From Bugula neritina (lineage: Eukaryota; Animalia; Bryozoa), in assembly GCA_964035545.1 (NCBI GenBank), contig OZ037769.1:12430633-12494632 (forward strand): a stretch of DNA of 64,000 bases, in the 5' to 3' direction. Made by a program: the position numbers and the translations under genes. The notes under the pieces were generated by a model, which ran no database searches, was not told the DNA's origin, and saw only the letters and a program-made list of their open reading frames with translations. Positions within the stretch are counted from its first letter, which is position 1. Each line of letters starts with the position of its first letter. This document shows positions 1 to 14,940 of the stretch, piece by piece.

Positions 1-289
1 GAGCATGAAAGGAAAAGTAGTATTTCCATATATTCAGTTATATTTATGATTCGAATGGGAGATAACACTCTTAGAAGCTTTACGCCAAAGCTCTTTAACT
101 AAACATAAAGATTTACACTATATTTTAGCTACTTTAAAAAATAGAATCTTAATTGTAGGCACTTTTTAAGATTTCCTTCAAGTTTTAGAAAATCTCAAAA
201 GTAACTTAAAATTGTATATACACATTAATTAACTGTAAACAGCTGTAGCATATTACATAACTTACTGAGTTGTTTGCTCGATTTGTTAG

Positions 290-3200
290 AAAGCAGTGCT
301 TAGATCCATAACACCAGAGTATGGGCCAGCATCAGGGGGTACAGAAGTAACTATTACAGGAAGTTACATCATAGCCCATAGCACAGTAACGATGACCAGC
401 ACAACACACTCAGCAAAAGTTTATACAAGGAAAGCAACTCCAAAGAAGTGAGCTATTTTTAAATAAATAACTTTATAATCTTCAGCATAATTCACATCAA
501 AATAATTTTTACCTTTGAGGAAGTTTATAACCAACTTGAGTACACCAATGGGTTTTGTTGTAGCCGAGTGGTGCCTGGCATGCTTAAAAAACCACCAAAA
601 TGAGTGTTTTGCTTGATCTCAAAGCTCTCAAAATTCTATATTTTGTCACTCTTTTCAGGAGTAATAAAGATGGATTAGAACAAATAGTGTTTGTAACTCC
701 AGTCTCCCAAGGAACTGAGGACAAGTTTATCATTCGGCTTGCTGGTGGAGTGCTAGAGACTTCAACTCTCCTGACGTTCAGTTACAGACCTGATCCAGTT
801 GTGACATTTGTGAGATCTAGGAATATAAATGTTGAGTAGGTTATGCAAAGACTGTGCCAACTTTTAGACTATTGGCATATCTTTACATATCTGAATAGGC
901 CTGAAGCACTATAAATGGTAAAATTATCATAAAATGCAAACAAATAGATTTCAATAACAGCTTGTAGCCTAACTACTGCTACCAACTTTCTAGAGTAGTA
1001 TGTATAATTGGTTGTTATTTCTTTGATAAAGTAGGACAATTATATTATACGTAGGTACCTTTAGTATCCACAAACCAATAGCCTGTTACTTGACAGTGAC
1101 TGCCTTGCATTTTCTAGAGGTGGACTAGAAGTGAAAGTGGTGGGAGACAACTTCAACTCAGTAGCTCATATCCGTCTGCTCACACACCTACATTGCCTGA
1201 CCACTGGAAAATATTACAAGACTGTTTCTTCAGTGAGTAATCTTAATTGAAAATACAGTCTTTACATTATACTTTGCTTACTAATCAGAGAGAGTTAATC
1301 ATTAAACAGCTGCCTAGTTTATGGGATCAGTTTAAATGGTGGGGTGAAATATCGAATCACTTTCTGAGATTACAGTTTGATATTTTATAATTTTTCTAAA
1401 GACTGCTCAGTGACTCAACAGTCAATGCTGAGATATATTTGGCTCATCGCAAACCAAAAAAGACAATGTATAAGTATATCATTATCAAGTAAATAAACAG
1501 TTGCAGCTGTCTAAGTACAGAACTTTTTTTATAGCAAATGAGATTTGTAGTGCAGCACCAACAATGGCACCAACAGCACCACCATAAGACAAAACTGTAA
1601 AACTTTTACCCCGCCCCCACTATAATTCCTATATAAGCAAGTGCGATAACCATTACACCCCAGAAGCTACTGGGGAAACTCAACACTACAGACACCAATT
1701 CTTTAATCTAGTACTGTAAAAAATCAAAGTGTACTAGTTAGTTTGATGTGTTATTAGCTAGATCTCAATGTGTGCAAATATTGTTTTCACCACACTGACA
1801 TTTTTGCACTGAACTTATCTTTTTATTGAACAGAGCTGTCAGGGGAATGAGACATTTCTTATTTGTATTACCCCAAAACTCACTGAGGAGTTGCTGAGAA
1901 TAGAATGTGTCAGGACTCAACGTCTGCGAAGAAGAACCAACACTGTGCTACGAACTGATTACAGTGAGATATACGCTGTCTTGGGTCTACAATTTGATGG
2001 GCTACAAGATTACCAGCGCTTAAATACATCATTCAAGACAAGAATATTTTCAAACCCAGCAATAAAAATGCTGACAAAAGCTGAAAGAAGTTTGACTGAA
2101 GATGAAATATTGCTGGAAATATTTGGTTACGGTCTGATAGATTGCTGCCGGGCTGACGATTACTCGGTCACGGTTGGTAATGAAGAATGTGTTATTGAGA
2201 AGTTGACCAATTCTAGAATATTCTGCAAGTTACCAGAAAGTTTTCACTCTGCTGAACACAACTCCAATTTCTCCCTCACCGTAAGTAGTTGACATCACCA
2301 GCTTGACTGTTACGTTTTTTATATCTCATTTACTAAAAACCATTTAATTTTTTTAATTCTGGAACATACTGAATGATTTTATCTTTAATACAAAAACCTG
2401 TAATTGCTTAAGAATAGTTGTTCAAGAAAAACTTGTAAAATAAATGCCACTTCCTGCTTGCAAGCAGACGGGCTAACCAATTACACCACAGGAAGGGGGA
2501 GGAGCTGCTGGGTAAACGCAACACTACAAGCAACTAACGAAAATTCAATAAACTTTTACAGCCCGATGAGACTTGAGAATAAATCCTAAGATCTTAAAAA
2601 ATTATTGAATATTATTCAACAGCTTGCTTTTTCAGTGTTCATTATTTTGCAGATTTTTCTAGGCGAAAACACAACTCTTTACTCTGATGTAATAACTAAG
2701 CAGAAGGTTGGAAGCATTTGGGAGGACAAAGAGTTGGTGACAACCTTAACTGTTTCAATCACAGTCACTATTGCGGTGACAATTATCATAACCATTGCAG
2801 TCATATGTGTTTACCACAACCGATCTTTTACAGAGAAAGTATTTGAAGCAGTAGAAGGTATGTAAAGGCTTTATGCAGAAGTTTTTTCGAGATGTTTTAA
2901 TTGTTTGTATTCTAAAAGTGAACTTTGGAAATTGTACAGTTGACTCTGTCTCAGTTAAAGTAGTTAATGTTACCTCATTCATAGGAACTTCTGAGCATCA
3001 AAAGGTTTCTAATATGTGGGTCATCAGTAATAACAGTAATATGCAACTGTTAACAAAGTATACTGAGTGAATAGCCAAAACCCTAAAAAAGTTCAAGAAA
3101 AAAAGCTAAACTGCACGAGTACATTTTCATGTGCTATGCGCAAATATATGACTTTGCTTAGGATTTTACCTAATAGTTTGATATTATGGTTATCTAACTT

Positions 3201-4449
3201 GAAACAATTAGTGCATTTTGCTTGTTACCACTTGTCCAAGTAGATAGTTGCATTATCATGAAAAGTTAATTTTCTTTCATAAAGCAACTTAATTAAGAGT
3301 CAAACTACCCAAATACTAAACTAAAAATTACATGCTCACACTAAGCAAAGTTCAATATTTTGGCAACCAGCAGCAAATTTTTTAGAAATTTGTTATCAAC
3401 GCAAAAATTATGCTAAAACTAATAATTTACAAAAAAGCTTGCTCTGAACATTAGATGTGCTATATATAAAGCTATAAAACTTATCTTTTCACTATGCTAT
3501 AGACAAATTGTCATAATTATATACCAAAATGCTCAAGCTGCCATAAACTTTTCTAGATTTGATTGATTAGGATAGAAATGTTACATGTACTTTTACAGCA
3601 TGTTTCATGATGCAAATATTTATTGGTTTTTCAGATAAGCAAGTATACCAAATTAAAGAAAAGCACAGAAGTGATAACCTTCCTCCGACAAGCAGCCATT
3701 TTCCTGCACATTTAGCTGGTCTAACTGTGAAAGTTAATCACCAGCAGGACCCAATAATTACCAGACACCAGGATCTTCTCTCAAGACCTCAGACTTTACC
3801 TCCACGTTCTAGACAGCCTGTTCAGCGCAGCCATAGACATAGTTACTACCCAGGAATAGACAGCATACAATATGTTGATGTAGATGATATACAGTATGTA
3901 GACACAGGGGAAAATATCCAGTACATGGATCCATTACATGATTTACAGTACCATAATACGGCTGATAATGCAAACTATGTGTATGCGGATACAGTTGGGG
4001 ATATACAGTACACAGATACACTTGGGGATTTACAGTATGCAGATACTGCAACAGATATACAATACATAGACAGAGTAGGAGATATACAGTATGTCAGCAC
4101 AACAGACGATATACAGTATTTAGATACAGCAGAAGGTGCATACTATATATGCACAACCGAGGATGGTAGACGTTATGTAGATACAGTAGATGGTAATCCA
4201 TATGTGGATACAACATTTAATAGAAACACTCTCAACACAATAGATGATATTCAGTATACAGGCAATATTGGGGATATACAGTATGCACACACAATGGGGA
4301 ATATACAGTATCTAGGAGCGCAAAGAAATGGGCTTTATAAATATGCAAAGAATACTGGAAGAAGTCTGCATGAATATGAGACTGACTTGTCTGATTACGA
4401 TGAAGAGTTGATGTGTTTGAATTCCATGAGTTGTGTAGAACACATTTAA
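290..4449 (+). CDS. 3' part of a single-pass receptor: plexin/MET-like IPT(TIG) domains, TM helix, Tyr-repeat cytoplasmic tail (5' end outside window)
   Basis: In-frame GT-AG exons 290-447, 659-835, 1118-1232, 1834-2280, 2653-2857, 3635-4449. IPT motifs: SITPEYGPASGGTEVTITGS, FSYRPDPVV, GGLEVKVVGDNFNSV, VTVGNEECVIEKLTNSRIFCKLP. Hydrophobic LVTTLTVSITVTIAVTIIITIAVICVY. No kinase or GAP motifs before the stop at 4449. Confidence 0.8.
3865..4317 (+). repeat. Coding 27-bp (9-aa) degenerate tandem repeat, consensus D-I-Q-Y-x-D-T-x-G, about 16 units
   Basis: GATATACAGTA recurs at ~27-nt spacing. Units include IQYVDVDD, IQYVDTGEN, IQYMDPLHD, IQYTDTLGD, LQYADTATD, IQYIDRVGD, IQYVSTTDD, IQYLDTAEG. 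Confidence 0.9.
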
Positions 4450-5303
4450 AACAGCTAATGTCTACTGTATATATAAGAATCATATGCAATGTTTGTAGCA
4501 GGTTTTATCACTTACAATGAATGACTCAAAGTGACTTTATTAAAGATTTGTTTTTAGCATGATTTACTAATTATCTTAGTTGTATGACCAAGTTGTTTAC
4601 TTTCAGTGTTTGCAGCTAATATTTTACTCATATTGGTAAACTCTGTGAAGATACATACTTGACATATTTTTTCTCATGCTTAAAAACTTTCATATGTTGT
4701 ACTTAGAATCTGCAGACTATTATAGTTAGTAAGATTCAGCCTCCTTTGCAGCTATGGCTTCAAAATCCTCTGCCATTATAATATAATTTAGAAAACTATG
4801 TGTACTGTGTGATAAATAATAAGTGGTTGGTAATTAGCTTCCAAAACCTGGTTCTGTAGTTTCTTGTAGACTATATTGAGGATAGTAATGTCACAGGAGG
4901 GAAATAAAATTAGCATAATTAATTGGTTGAAATTAAGTTAAACACTATTTTCAAGGCAAAACAATTTATGATTTTCCTATGACTTTTATTTCAGAATACT
5001 GTAAGCATCTCTTAGCAGACCTCATTATTAATAGTTGTTTCTAAAAAATACATATAATTTAATTAACTGCAGACACATCCAAGACTTTATTTTGTTGTTA
5101 GCTATGGGACATGCTGCAACATTTGGTATGGTCAATTAACAAATGTAATTTTAGCTGTACTTACGACTATTATATATACATTGCATATACTAATGATCTT
5201 CCATTACAAGTTATTTGCTTCATTCAAATGTTGCGCAGAAGCACGATTTACTACATTCAATATCACTATGTCCATCTATGACGCTATGTGCAACATTTTC
5301 AAG

Positions 5304-8300
5304 TCACTGTGTAGCAAGGCTTTGAAGTTTCTGCTTGATAACCGTTGCGGATTTCCACGGTACAACCTGAGCGTTTACTTCAGACATCCTTGACTTGAGC
5401 ATCTGCTCTAGAGGAAATGTAGCCCGTGGGAACACGTAGTCATTGTCAGCTAGTCTGAGGGATGGGCAGAAGTCGTTCTCTCCATCTCCTGTATAGCAGA
5501 CAGTGGAGTATGGAGTGCCAGCTTTTCTCATTGTTTCAATATGGTCTTCGATCACAGCTCCTGAAAGTAAACAAACATTCTTTGCTAAGACTGACATTGC
5601 AACAGTTAAACAAACATAATTTCTGCTAAAAGCCTATAAGTTTCAGTTGGAACCATTCATTGCAACTGGCTATCTATGATTTTCATGTTTGCAGCATATA
5701 GATGTTACTGGAATAAAGTCCCATTCACACTACAGCAAATGCTCCATCCACACTATAGCTAATGCCCTGTTCACTCTACACCTCATGTTTTCTTCACACT
5801 ATAGCTAATAGTCTCAATCTCATTATAGCTAACAATTTGTTCACACACAAGAGAGCTGGTAATTTGCTACTTGCTAGTCACAGCTATTATATAACATAGT
5901 GAGATACTTTACATGGGAACACACTTTTCAACAGGTGCACTAAATGCTTACTTTGCGCTCTAGTGTGAACTGTACATAAGAGCTATAAGAGCACTGACAA
6001 ATTATTTTGTAAGTGTTTGATTTGGCAGTGTAAGACATTCAGGAGTCATATGAAGTTTTCATATAGGTAGTAGTGAGCTTAGCTTATGTATTCTTAACCA
6101 CAAAAGTTGCTCAGCCTGTGGCTCTTTTGGTATGTTCTCATAGGCCATTTATAAACCTCAGAGGTTCAACATTCCTGTCATGTTGCTGTTAAATTTTCTG
6201 ATAGCTTTATCACTGTGTTTCCGTACGGATTACATCGAAGAAAAACCATACTTTCCTATGCAATCCATAAGAAGTTATCTTATCTTTTCAGTTGTGCCAG
6301 ATGAATTAAAATGCAAAATAATATGGCCAACTCTGAGTCAGTGTTCATACCCAATGACAATTTAATTACTGCTTCTGCCCCTTATTTTTGCTAGATTAAA
6401 TTCATTAAATACACAAACTTTGAGTCAATTTATTTTAAATTAAAAAAGCACAAACCAATGAAAGCATAAAGTATTTGGTGATCAGTAAACTAAAGCTTGG
6501 GAGTAATTTAAATTTTTAAAATGAAAATAGCTGTTAATTTCTTTTTATAGCTTGGAAATGCTTTGGCTTACAGAAAAGTTTTATAGATTTAAGATGATTA
6601 AATTATTTTAAATAATAGCAGCTAAGATAAATGAAATAATTTAGATTGTTATGAGATGAAAGACACTTTAGCGTAGGTTATAACTTATAATTATTGTTTA
6701 CAATCATGTAATGGGGTCGACAGCCTACGGTCGAAACTGAACTGTGACAGTTGCGTTCAGAAATCAGACAGTTGTGACGTCACAGTGTTCAACGCTTAGC
6801 CTCGAAAACGCGTTCACAGTTGAGTTTCGACTGTAGTCTGTCAGCCACATTACTATGTAACTAGCCACCATAATCGCCGATCTCTGCCTCCACCACAAAA
6901 GGTGCCATTCGATTTCATCTAAAGACTCATTTCCATCATTCGCATAATGCGAAGAAAATTTTTCTTAGAAGGAGCAATTCGAATGAATTCCGTCTGCGGT
7001 TTTGTTTCGATGCAACTATTTCCATAGGGTGAATGAAAAATCCATTTGTATAATGCAAACATGGGACCGTAGTTTATATTATAATTTGCAAAATGGTATA
7101 AAACCACAAACTACCTAGCTAATTAGCCTATGCTTGATAAACAGCACTAACTGGATAGCGCAGTAGTGATTGTAGGTATTGACATATGCAGGTGCAAATG
7201 AGGGATTAAATTTGCAAAATAGTTTAGAGAAAGAACAGTCTAAAAAAAAAAGTTAAAACCCTTTCTCCATAGTTTAGTAGCAGTTCTTATTGTGTGTATA
7301 TTATAGATATGTATACATAGAGGGAGTTACTCAAAGTTTCAAATTCATAATTGAAACATCAGATATGGGTAGAGAGCCTATCTTTATGCTTGCAGTAACT
7401 TGAAAACATGATAATCTTTGGTTATCATATAGGGTAGATAAACCAGTAGGTTAGAATAGTGTTTATCACAGCTTTCTTATGCAATATACCTCTGACTTAG
7501 CTATTGTCTAATATTTTCTAGAAGATTTGATAACATGACTTAAGAATATTGAAACAAGAAGAAATGAGGCATGCACACATGTCATGCAGTGATAGGAGAT
7601 ACTAAGTAAGAGATAAGATTGCGCTGGAATAGATTCTGCAGCTATGCCATGATGCAACAGCTATTTCTACCTTCTTTTTTAAAGATTTTATAATTTTTTC
7701 AACAGATCATCAATATTATACCAGGAGATTTCGAAATTCTCTAAAACAGTGTATTAGTGCCAATATTTTCAGTGAAAACTTGCTATGAATTTCCCCCATG
7801 TTACTCATAGTGACTCGATATGCTTATTTAGTTCAACTTATAAATTATTATAACTAGGCCAGTGCTAATTCGCCAGCCATTAGAACATTGCATCTCCTAA
7901 TTTGCCTTATGTACTTTTAAAATTAATTTGATTTAACACTGTATACAGTATAGAAACAATAGGTAGTCTTAGAAAATATATAGGCATGTGATGAAATAAA
8001 AAACGTTGTCACTGGTGAGGTTTTCAATTTTCCTCAGTTTTCAGAGTGCAGTAAATATTAATCCAACTTTTAGCTACAGTTATAAGTTCACCCAGTTTAG
8101 TGAAGGAACTAGATTTATAAGCATATTAAAATTTGTTCTGCTTCAAACTTTAAATTTGAATCTTTTAGCAGGAATTAGTGCCATGAAATTATTAAGAAGC
8201 TGAATTTGTGTAAACTTTTTATGCTCGACTTTTGGGCTGTTTCTTTTTATGGCACCATCTTTTGTTTCAAAATTCAACCTTGAAGAAGGTCGACTGAGGA

Positions 8301-9000
8301 TAATAATATTATTATAAATAGCACAAAGACATATCACACTACCCACTAGTGTGACTAGCTGTATAATCATAACCAGTCTATGCACACCCAGGTCATACTC
8401 TATGGATTTGGAATAAATCGAACTGATATAAGTGAAGACTAACACCAAATTACCAAAACCAATGATCTGTTTATACTAACACTAAGTCTAACAGTAGCCT
8501 AAGAGTCACTATGACTATAAAATCTCAGTAGTCTTACCTTTACAGAGGTTCGCAGGACACAGACTACAGGTAGTTTGGTGATGAAACTGATGCAGAATTA
8601 ACTTTCCTCCCTCCTCAAACTCGGCCGGATTAGAATAGATTTTCTTCACATTTAACTTCCTGTCACGAAAAAACCACTCAATAAATAGCGCGTTGGCATC
8701 GGATAGTATTACTACATCAAAACAGTCTTGCTGTAAGTAGCTCATCAACTCCTCCATCCCTTCTGCAAAGTCTAGAGATAATATTGTGTTCTTTATTGCT
8801 GACTCATTGATGCCGAGTGTATGAATCCAGGAAAAGAGAGCCGAGCAGCAAGCATTCCAGTCCTTTTCTACATCCCATTTGTCCATCACTTCTTTTGGAA
8901 CTTCTGGTGAAATCAACTCCTTAATAATCCCAGTGATTGAGTCTTCACTAACCACCGTATGATCAAAGTCAAACACCACCAATATCTTTTTCTCTACCAT
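5304..9000 (-). CDS. PHOSPHO2: PHOSPHO1/PHOSPHO2-family HAD phosphatase (pyridoxal phosphate / phosphoethanolamine phosphatase-like)
   Basis: Exons 9000-8538 and 5560-5304 join in frame (CPANLCKG|AVIED). Motifs: HAD I VVFDFDHTV, ILSDAN, SNPA, YTGDGENDFCP, VFPR, VVPW. Confidence 0.9.
5721..5850. repeat. Degenerate ~23-bp minisatellite (ccattcacactatagctaatgc-like), 4-5 units
   Basis: ttcacactacagcaaat, tccacactatagctaat and ttcacactatagctaat recur at ~23-nt spacing in the phosphatase intron. Confidence 0.55.
6708..6853. mobile_element. MITE-like imperfect inverted repeat (~40-bp arms)
   Basis: gtaatggggtcgacagcctacggtcgaaactgaactgtga matches the reverse complement of tcacagttgagtttcgactgtagtctgtcagccacattac. 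Central palindrome tgtgacgtcaca. Confidence 0.55.
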
Positions 9001-10848
9001 CTTGTCAGCTGTACTTCTTACTAAAGTGCTTTCTACTGGCAGTCCTTCCTATACTCTGCTGTACATTAAAATGTATCAACAGCTAGCAGTTAAGAATATG
9101 TGCTTTATACAATATCTACCTACTGTTGTGTATTGTTTAGTATGGTACACCTATTCAAGCATTACTCTTTTCAATTATAACAAGTTCTACTTAATAAGAA
9201 AGTTATAATAACATAACGACAATAGTTTCTTAACCAAGAGGAGGCCACAGGCTAAATACTAATAATGTAAAAGAAGCACTTTGTTTGGAAGAACCTTACA
9301 AGCTGCTTTCCTATTTGACGAATTACTAAGTCTATGAAGTACTATTATGTTATGCAACAATTACAATAGCATGATTGAGTTTAATTACTAACTTGGAAAT
9401 ATTCCCATTACTTTATGGCATATTGTGTAAGCTGTGAATCTACATGTTACTTGTAAGTTAATTTGTGAAAGCCAAGTAAATTCTTTAATTATTTGCAACT
9501 CAAAGGTGTTCAGACTGAATAAACAGAAAACAGGGTGGATGATAGTTTTAGACTGAGAGAAGAAAATAATAAAAGTTAACAGTATGGAAAATTTTAAACA
9601 GATTTTCATGCATATGTTTATGTTTATACACAAATTATAGATATATCAAAACAAGTAATATTTTGTTGCTTAAACAGCCAAAAAATATGTGTTTGTTGTC
9701 AACACTCAACAAATTAACCTAATACCATAATTCTTATTAATTAAATTTTGATTAAAAATTAGTACGTGTGATAGTTTTTGAACTGTAAGTTCTATATAAA
9801 TCATATATAGCATGAATAAAAAAGTTAAACCAACTGCTTCATTTTCATTTAATAAATATAATGAATAGCTTTTATGGTGAAAACTCATTTTGTAAAGTAA
9901 AATGTAGAAAAACTAGTGTGAGAATGTTTAGTCTTCTCTGCAATTTATTTTGGATCTATGAATATAAGCCTAGTGTTTAAATGAAATCTTACCTCTGTTT
10001 ATAGATGGAAATGATGCATGACTTTTCAAAAAAGATTGTTCAAGTTTTTTTATAACTTATATTTTAAAAAGGTGATGCAATAATTTGAAAGTTTTGAAAC
10101 TCACATAAAAGTATTCACAGTGTATCATTTTTAATATTTCTCACATTGCGTCAAGAAATTGATTAGCTTTACAATAATAGTGATTTAGGGACAGAAAAAA
10201 TAATAGTATAATAATTGTTGGGTTAGTATTATTGTTTTTAATTCAAAAATCCATGTTGTTTTCCAATCCAACAGTTTTCTCCACAAGTATATGAAGTTGT
10301 TGTTTATTAAATAAAAGTTGCGACTTACTTGTCACCTTCCAAGTTGCAGCCCACAAAAATTTCAACACGCATCATCTAATTAGCTATTCAAGTTATAAAG
10401 GTAATTTTCTAGTTGAAGCTTGGCGCAAAGTTTTTATTTCATCACATTATTGTTGTCCTGAATTTCTAGAACTATACAAGTGTTATAGTGCTGACAAAAA
10501 AGATAATCGAAGGGTTGTTATTAATAATATACATTTTACCATTCAACCAAATTTAATCGGGTGTTTTTCAATTTATTTCCTTCACAATTGTAACCTTTAG
10601 TTAAACTAAATTAAATTAAATCAATTTTAGAGATAAATTGATCGAATGCCATGCTAGAAGCTGTGTCTCAATATTTTAATTTGTTGTTATTTACAATGGT
10701 CAATGGCTGCAATTTTCTTCTATACAGGTCATCAACAGTTGTAGATATTTTATTAAGCTTTTAGCTGGCACCAGACACAAATTAGCCACCAATGATCAAG
10801 CTGTAGTCCATGTGTTGAAACATGGCCGTCTGCTGTTATGTTTACAGT

Positions 10849-10956
10849 TGTTATATCAGAATTTCAACTTGGTTATAGTTGTGCTCTCTCTATAATCTAT
10901 ATACATGTAATAGCAAGAGAAGACGACTATAACAAAGTTGAAATTCTGATATAACA
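10849..10956. mobile_element. MITE-like hairpin (~33-bp arms)
   Basis: tgttatatcagaatttcaacttggttatagt ... actataacaaagttgaaattctgatataaca. Confidence 0.55.
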
Positions 10957-11336
10957 CAGAATGCTATTATTTTGTGATGCAGAATCTTTTATAGATTGCT
11001 TTCATTTCTTTAAATTAATGGAGCAACTGCTTTATAAATAAAAACCACAGTATTTTAAAAATTTTAATAATATATTTGCAGTAAATGAAACCTTCAAATA
11101 TAGGGTGCAGCAAGCTAGAATAAAATAAAATTGAAGATTAATATATTATAAGGAAACCACCATAAGGTAATCTAACCATCTAATATAATTGTTTTCATTG
11201 TATATAGTTTACAACATGCATGCCTCAAAGCACCAGGTTTAAAGGAACAATTTACTTATCTACGTAGTTTAGATATAGTTTAGCAGTGTGTTGCAACAAA
11301 AAACATCATATTATCCAAATAATATTACACATTATT

Positions 11337-13248
<1,912 letters not shown>

Positions 13249-13307
13249 GGTTACTGTTGAGTGTGCAGAATCCTTGGATAATGAATATTCTGATAGTGTG
13301 TGTCTCC

Positions 13308-13314
13308 TTTTATA
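13308..13314 (-). promoter_or_regulatory. TATA box of the ependymin-related gene
   Basis: TATAAAAGG on the minus strand ~60 bp upstream of the ATG at 13248, with an Inr-like TCAGAAT downstream. Confidence 0.5.
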
Positions 13315-13500
13315 TTGAAGAGGGCTTCAACTGACAAGGGCTGGTATTATTTCCATGATTGCATCATTGCATTACATTCTCGCAGTAGATGGCTAGTTTG
13401 AATGTCACGTGGTACTTTCTCTGGCTGTAGATTACCTCACTCTTCTGTTTGTTGCAAAATATAGCTTCACATCATAAGATCTCTAGCTGTCACTAAATTA

Positions 13501-13802
<302 letters not shown>

Positions 13803-14878
13803 GCTTGAATTTACACATCGTTTGAATATCCTTTAGTAGAAGCATAAGTTTCTTCTATTGTGAAGGTGTAGGCAATGTTCTATGCTGGCGAGGGGACAAT
13901 TCTCAAAACAGCTGCTGTGCACAGATTGATCGATTATTATTTTCTAAAGTAGTATGATTAATAAATAAGGCATATAATTTTTGTATTTTCATTGACCATT
14001 AAAAAGTTTTGAGCTGCTCATTAAATCTGCCTGGCATAAAGTGAATGTATGTTCAACAGGGAATTCAATCCCATGATACAATGTATATGATAATATTTTA
14101 TATTAATAATATTTTGATAAAAATTCAACTTCCCTATATTGTAAATAAATATTCAACATGTGACAGTTATAGATTGCATCATTATATCTGACACTCACAA
14201 GAACTGCAACCGGTAATTTCATCGTTATAAATATCCAGACAGTAAATTCCACATTATGAGGCCATATTATGTTGACATAAGACTTACTGATGATAAGATA
14301 GCCATCTCACTAAAACTCAGTAAATTAGTCATATGATGAAATCAAAATGAACTGGCTGTGTGATAAAAATACTTGCACAACATATTTTTATCAATTTTTC
14401 TAGTGCACTGACCAGGAACATTTTCATTATTTGTATGTATAATGCTTTTCACAAAATTTTATTTGAATTTACTGTATAGAGAATTCCAGATCAACTTGCT
14501 CATCTGCACTCAAAAGATTATTTTAAAGTTATCATAGCTGTGCAATATTTTTCTCCACTTATAGCTATCTATAATAATACGATAGAATATTTATGGGATT
14601 TCTTTGTAGTTTTACCGCACCTTATTGCATTCATATTTAATATGTACCATCAGGCAACATGGCTACTTTCTGTGACAATTTGTAGAAATAAGTTTATTGA
14701 TTGCATTTAGATTTCTGAAGCAAACCTCGTTAATTTATTCATGTATTGTAAACAAGACATCAAACAAAGCTACATATTATGGTGTAGTTTACAACTGCAC
14801 TATAATCATTATTTAATAGCTAGCCTATATTTAAGCAAGTCAGCTTTTAAATCTTGCACGTTTAGAATTAAAATATTG

Positions 14879-14940
14879 CTAAACATGTTTTGAAATGGCA
14901 GCATGGCTATAGTCATGCTGCCATTTCAAAACATTTTTAG
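14879..14940. repeat. Near-perfect 62-bp palindrome
   Basis: ctaaacatgttttgaaatggcagcatggcta|tagtcatgctgccatttcaaaacatttttag. Confidence 0.85.
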
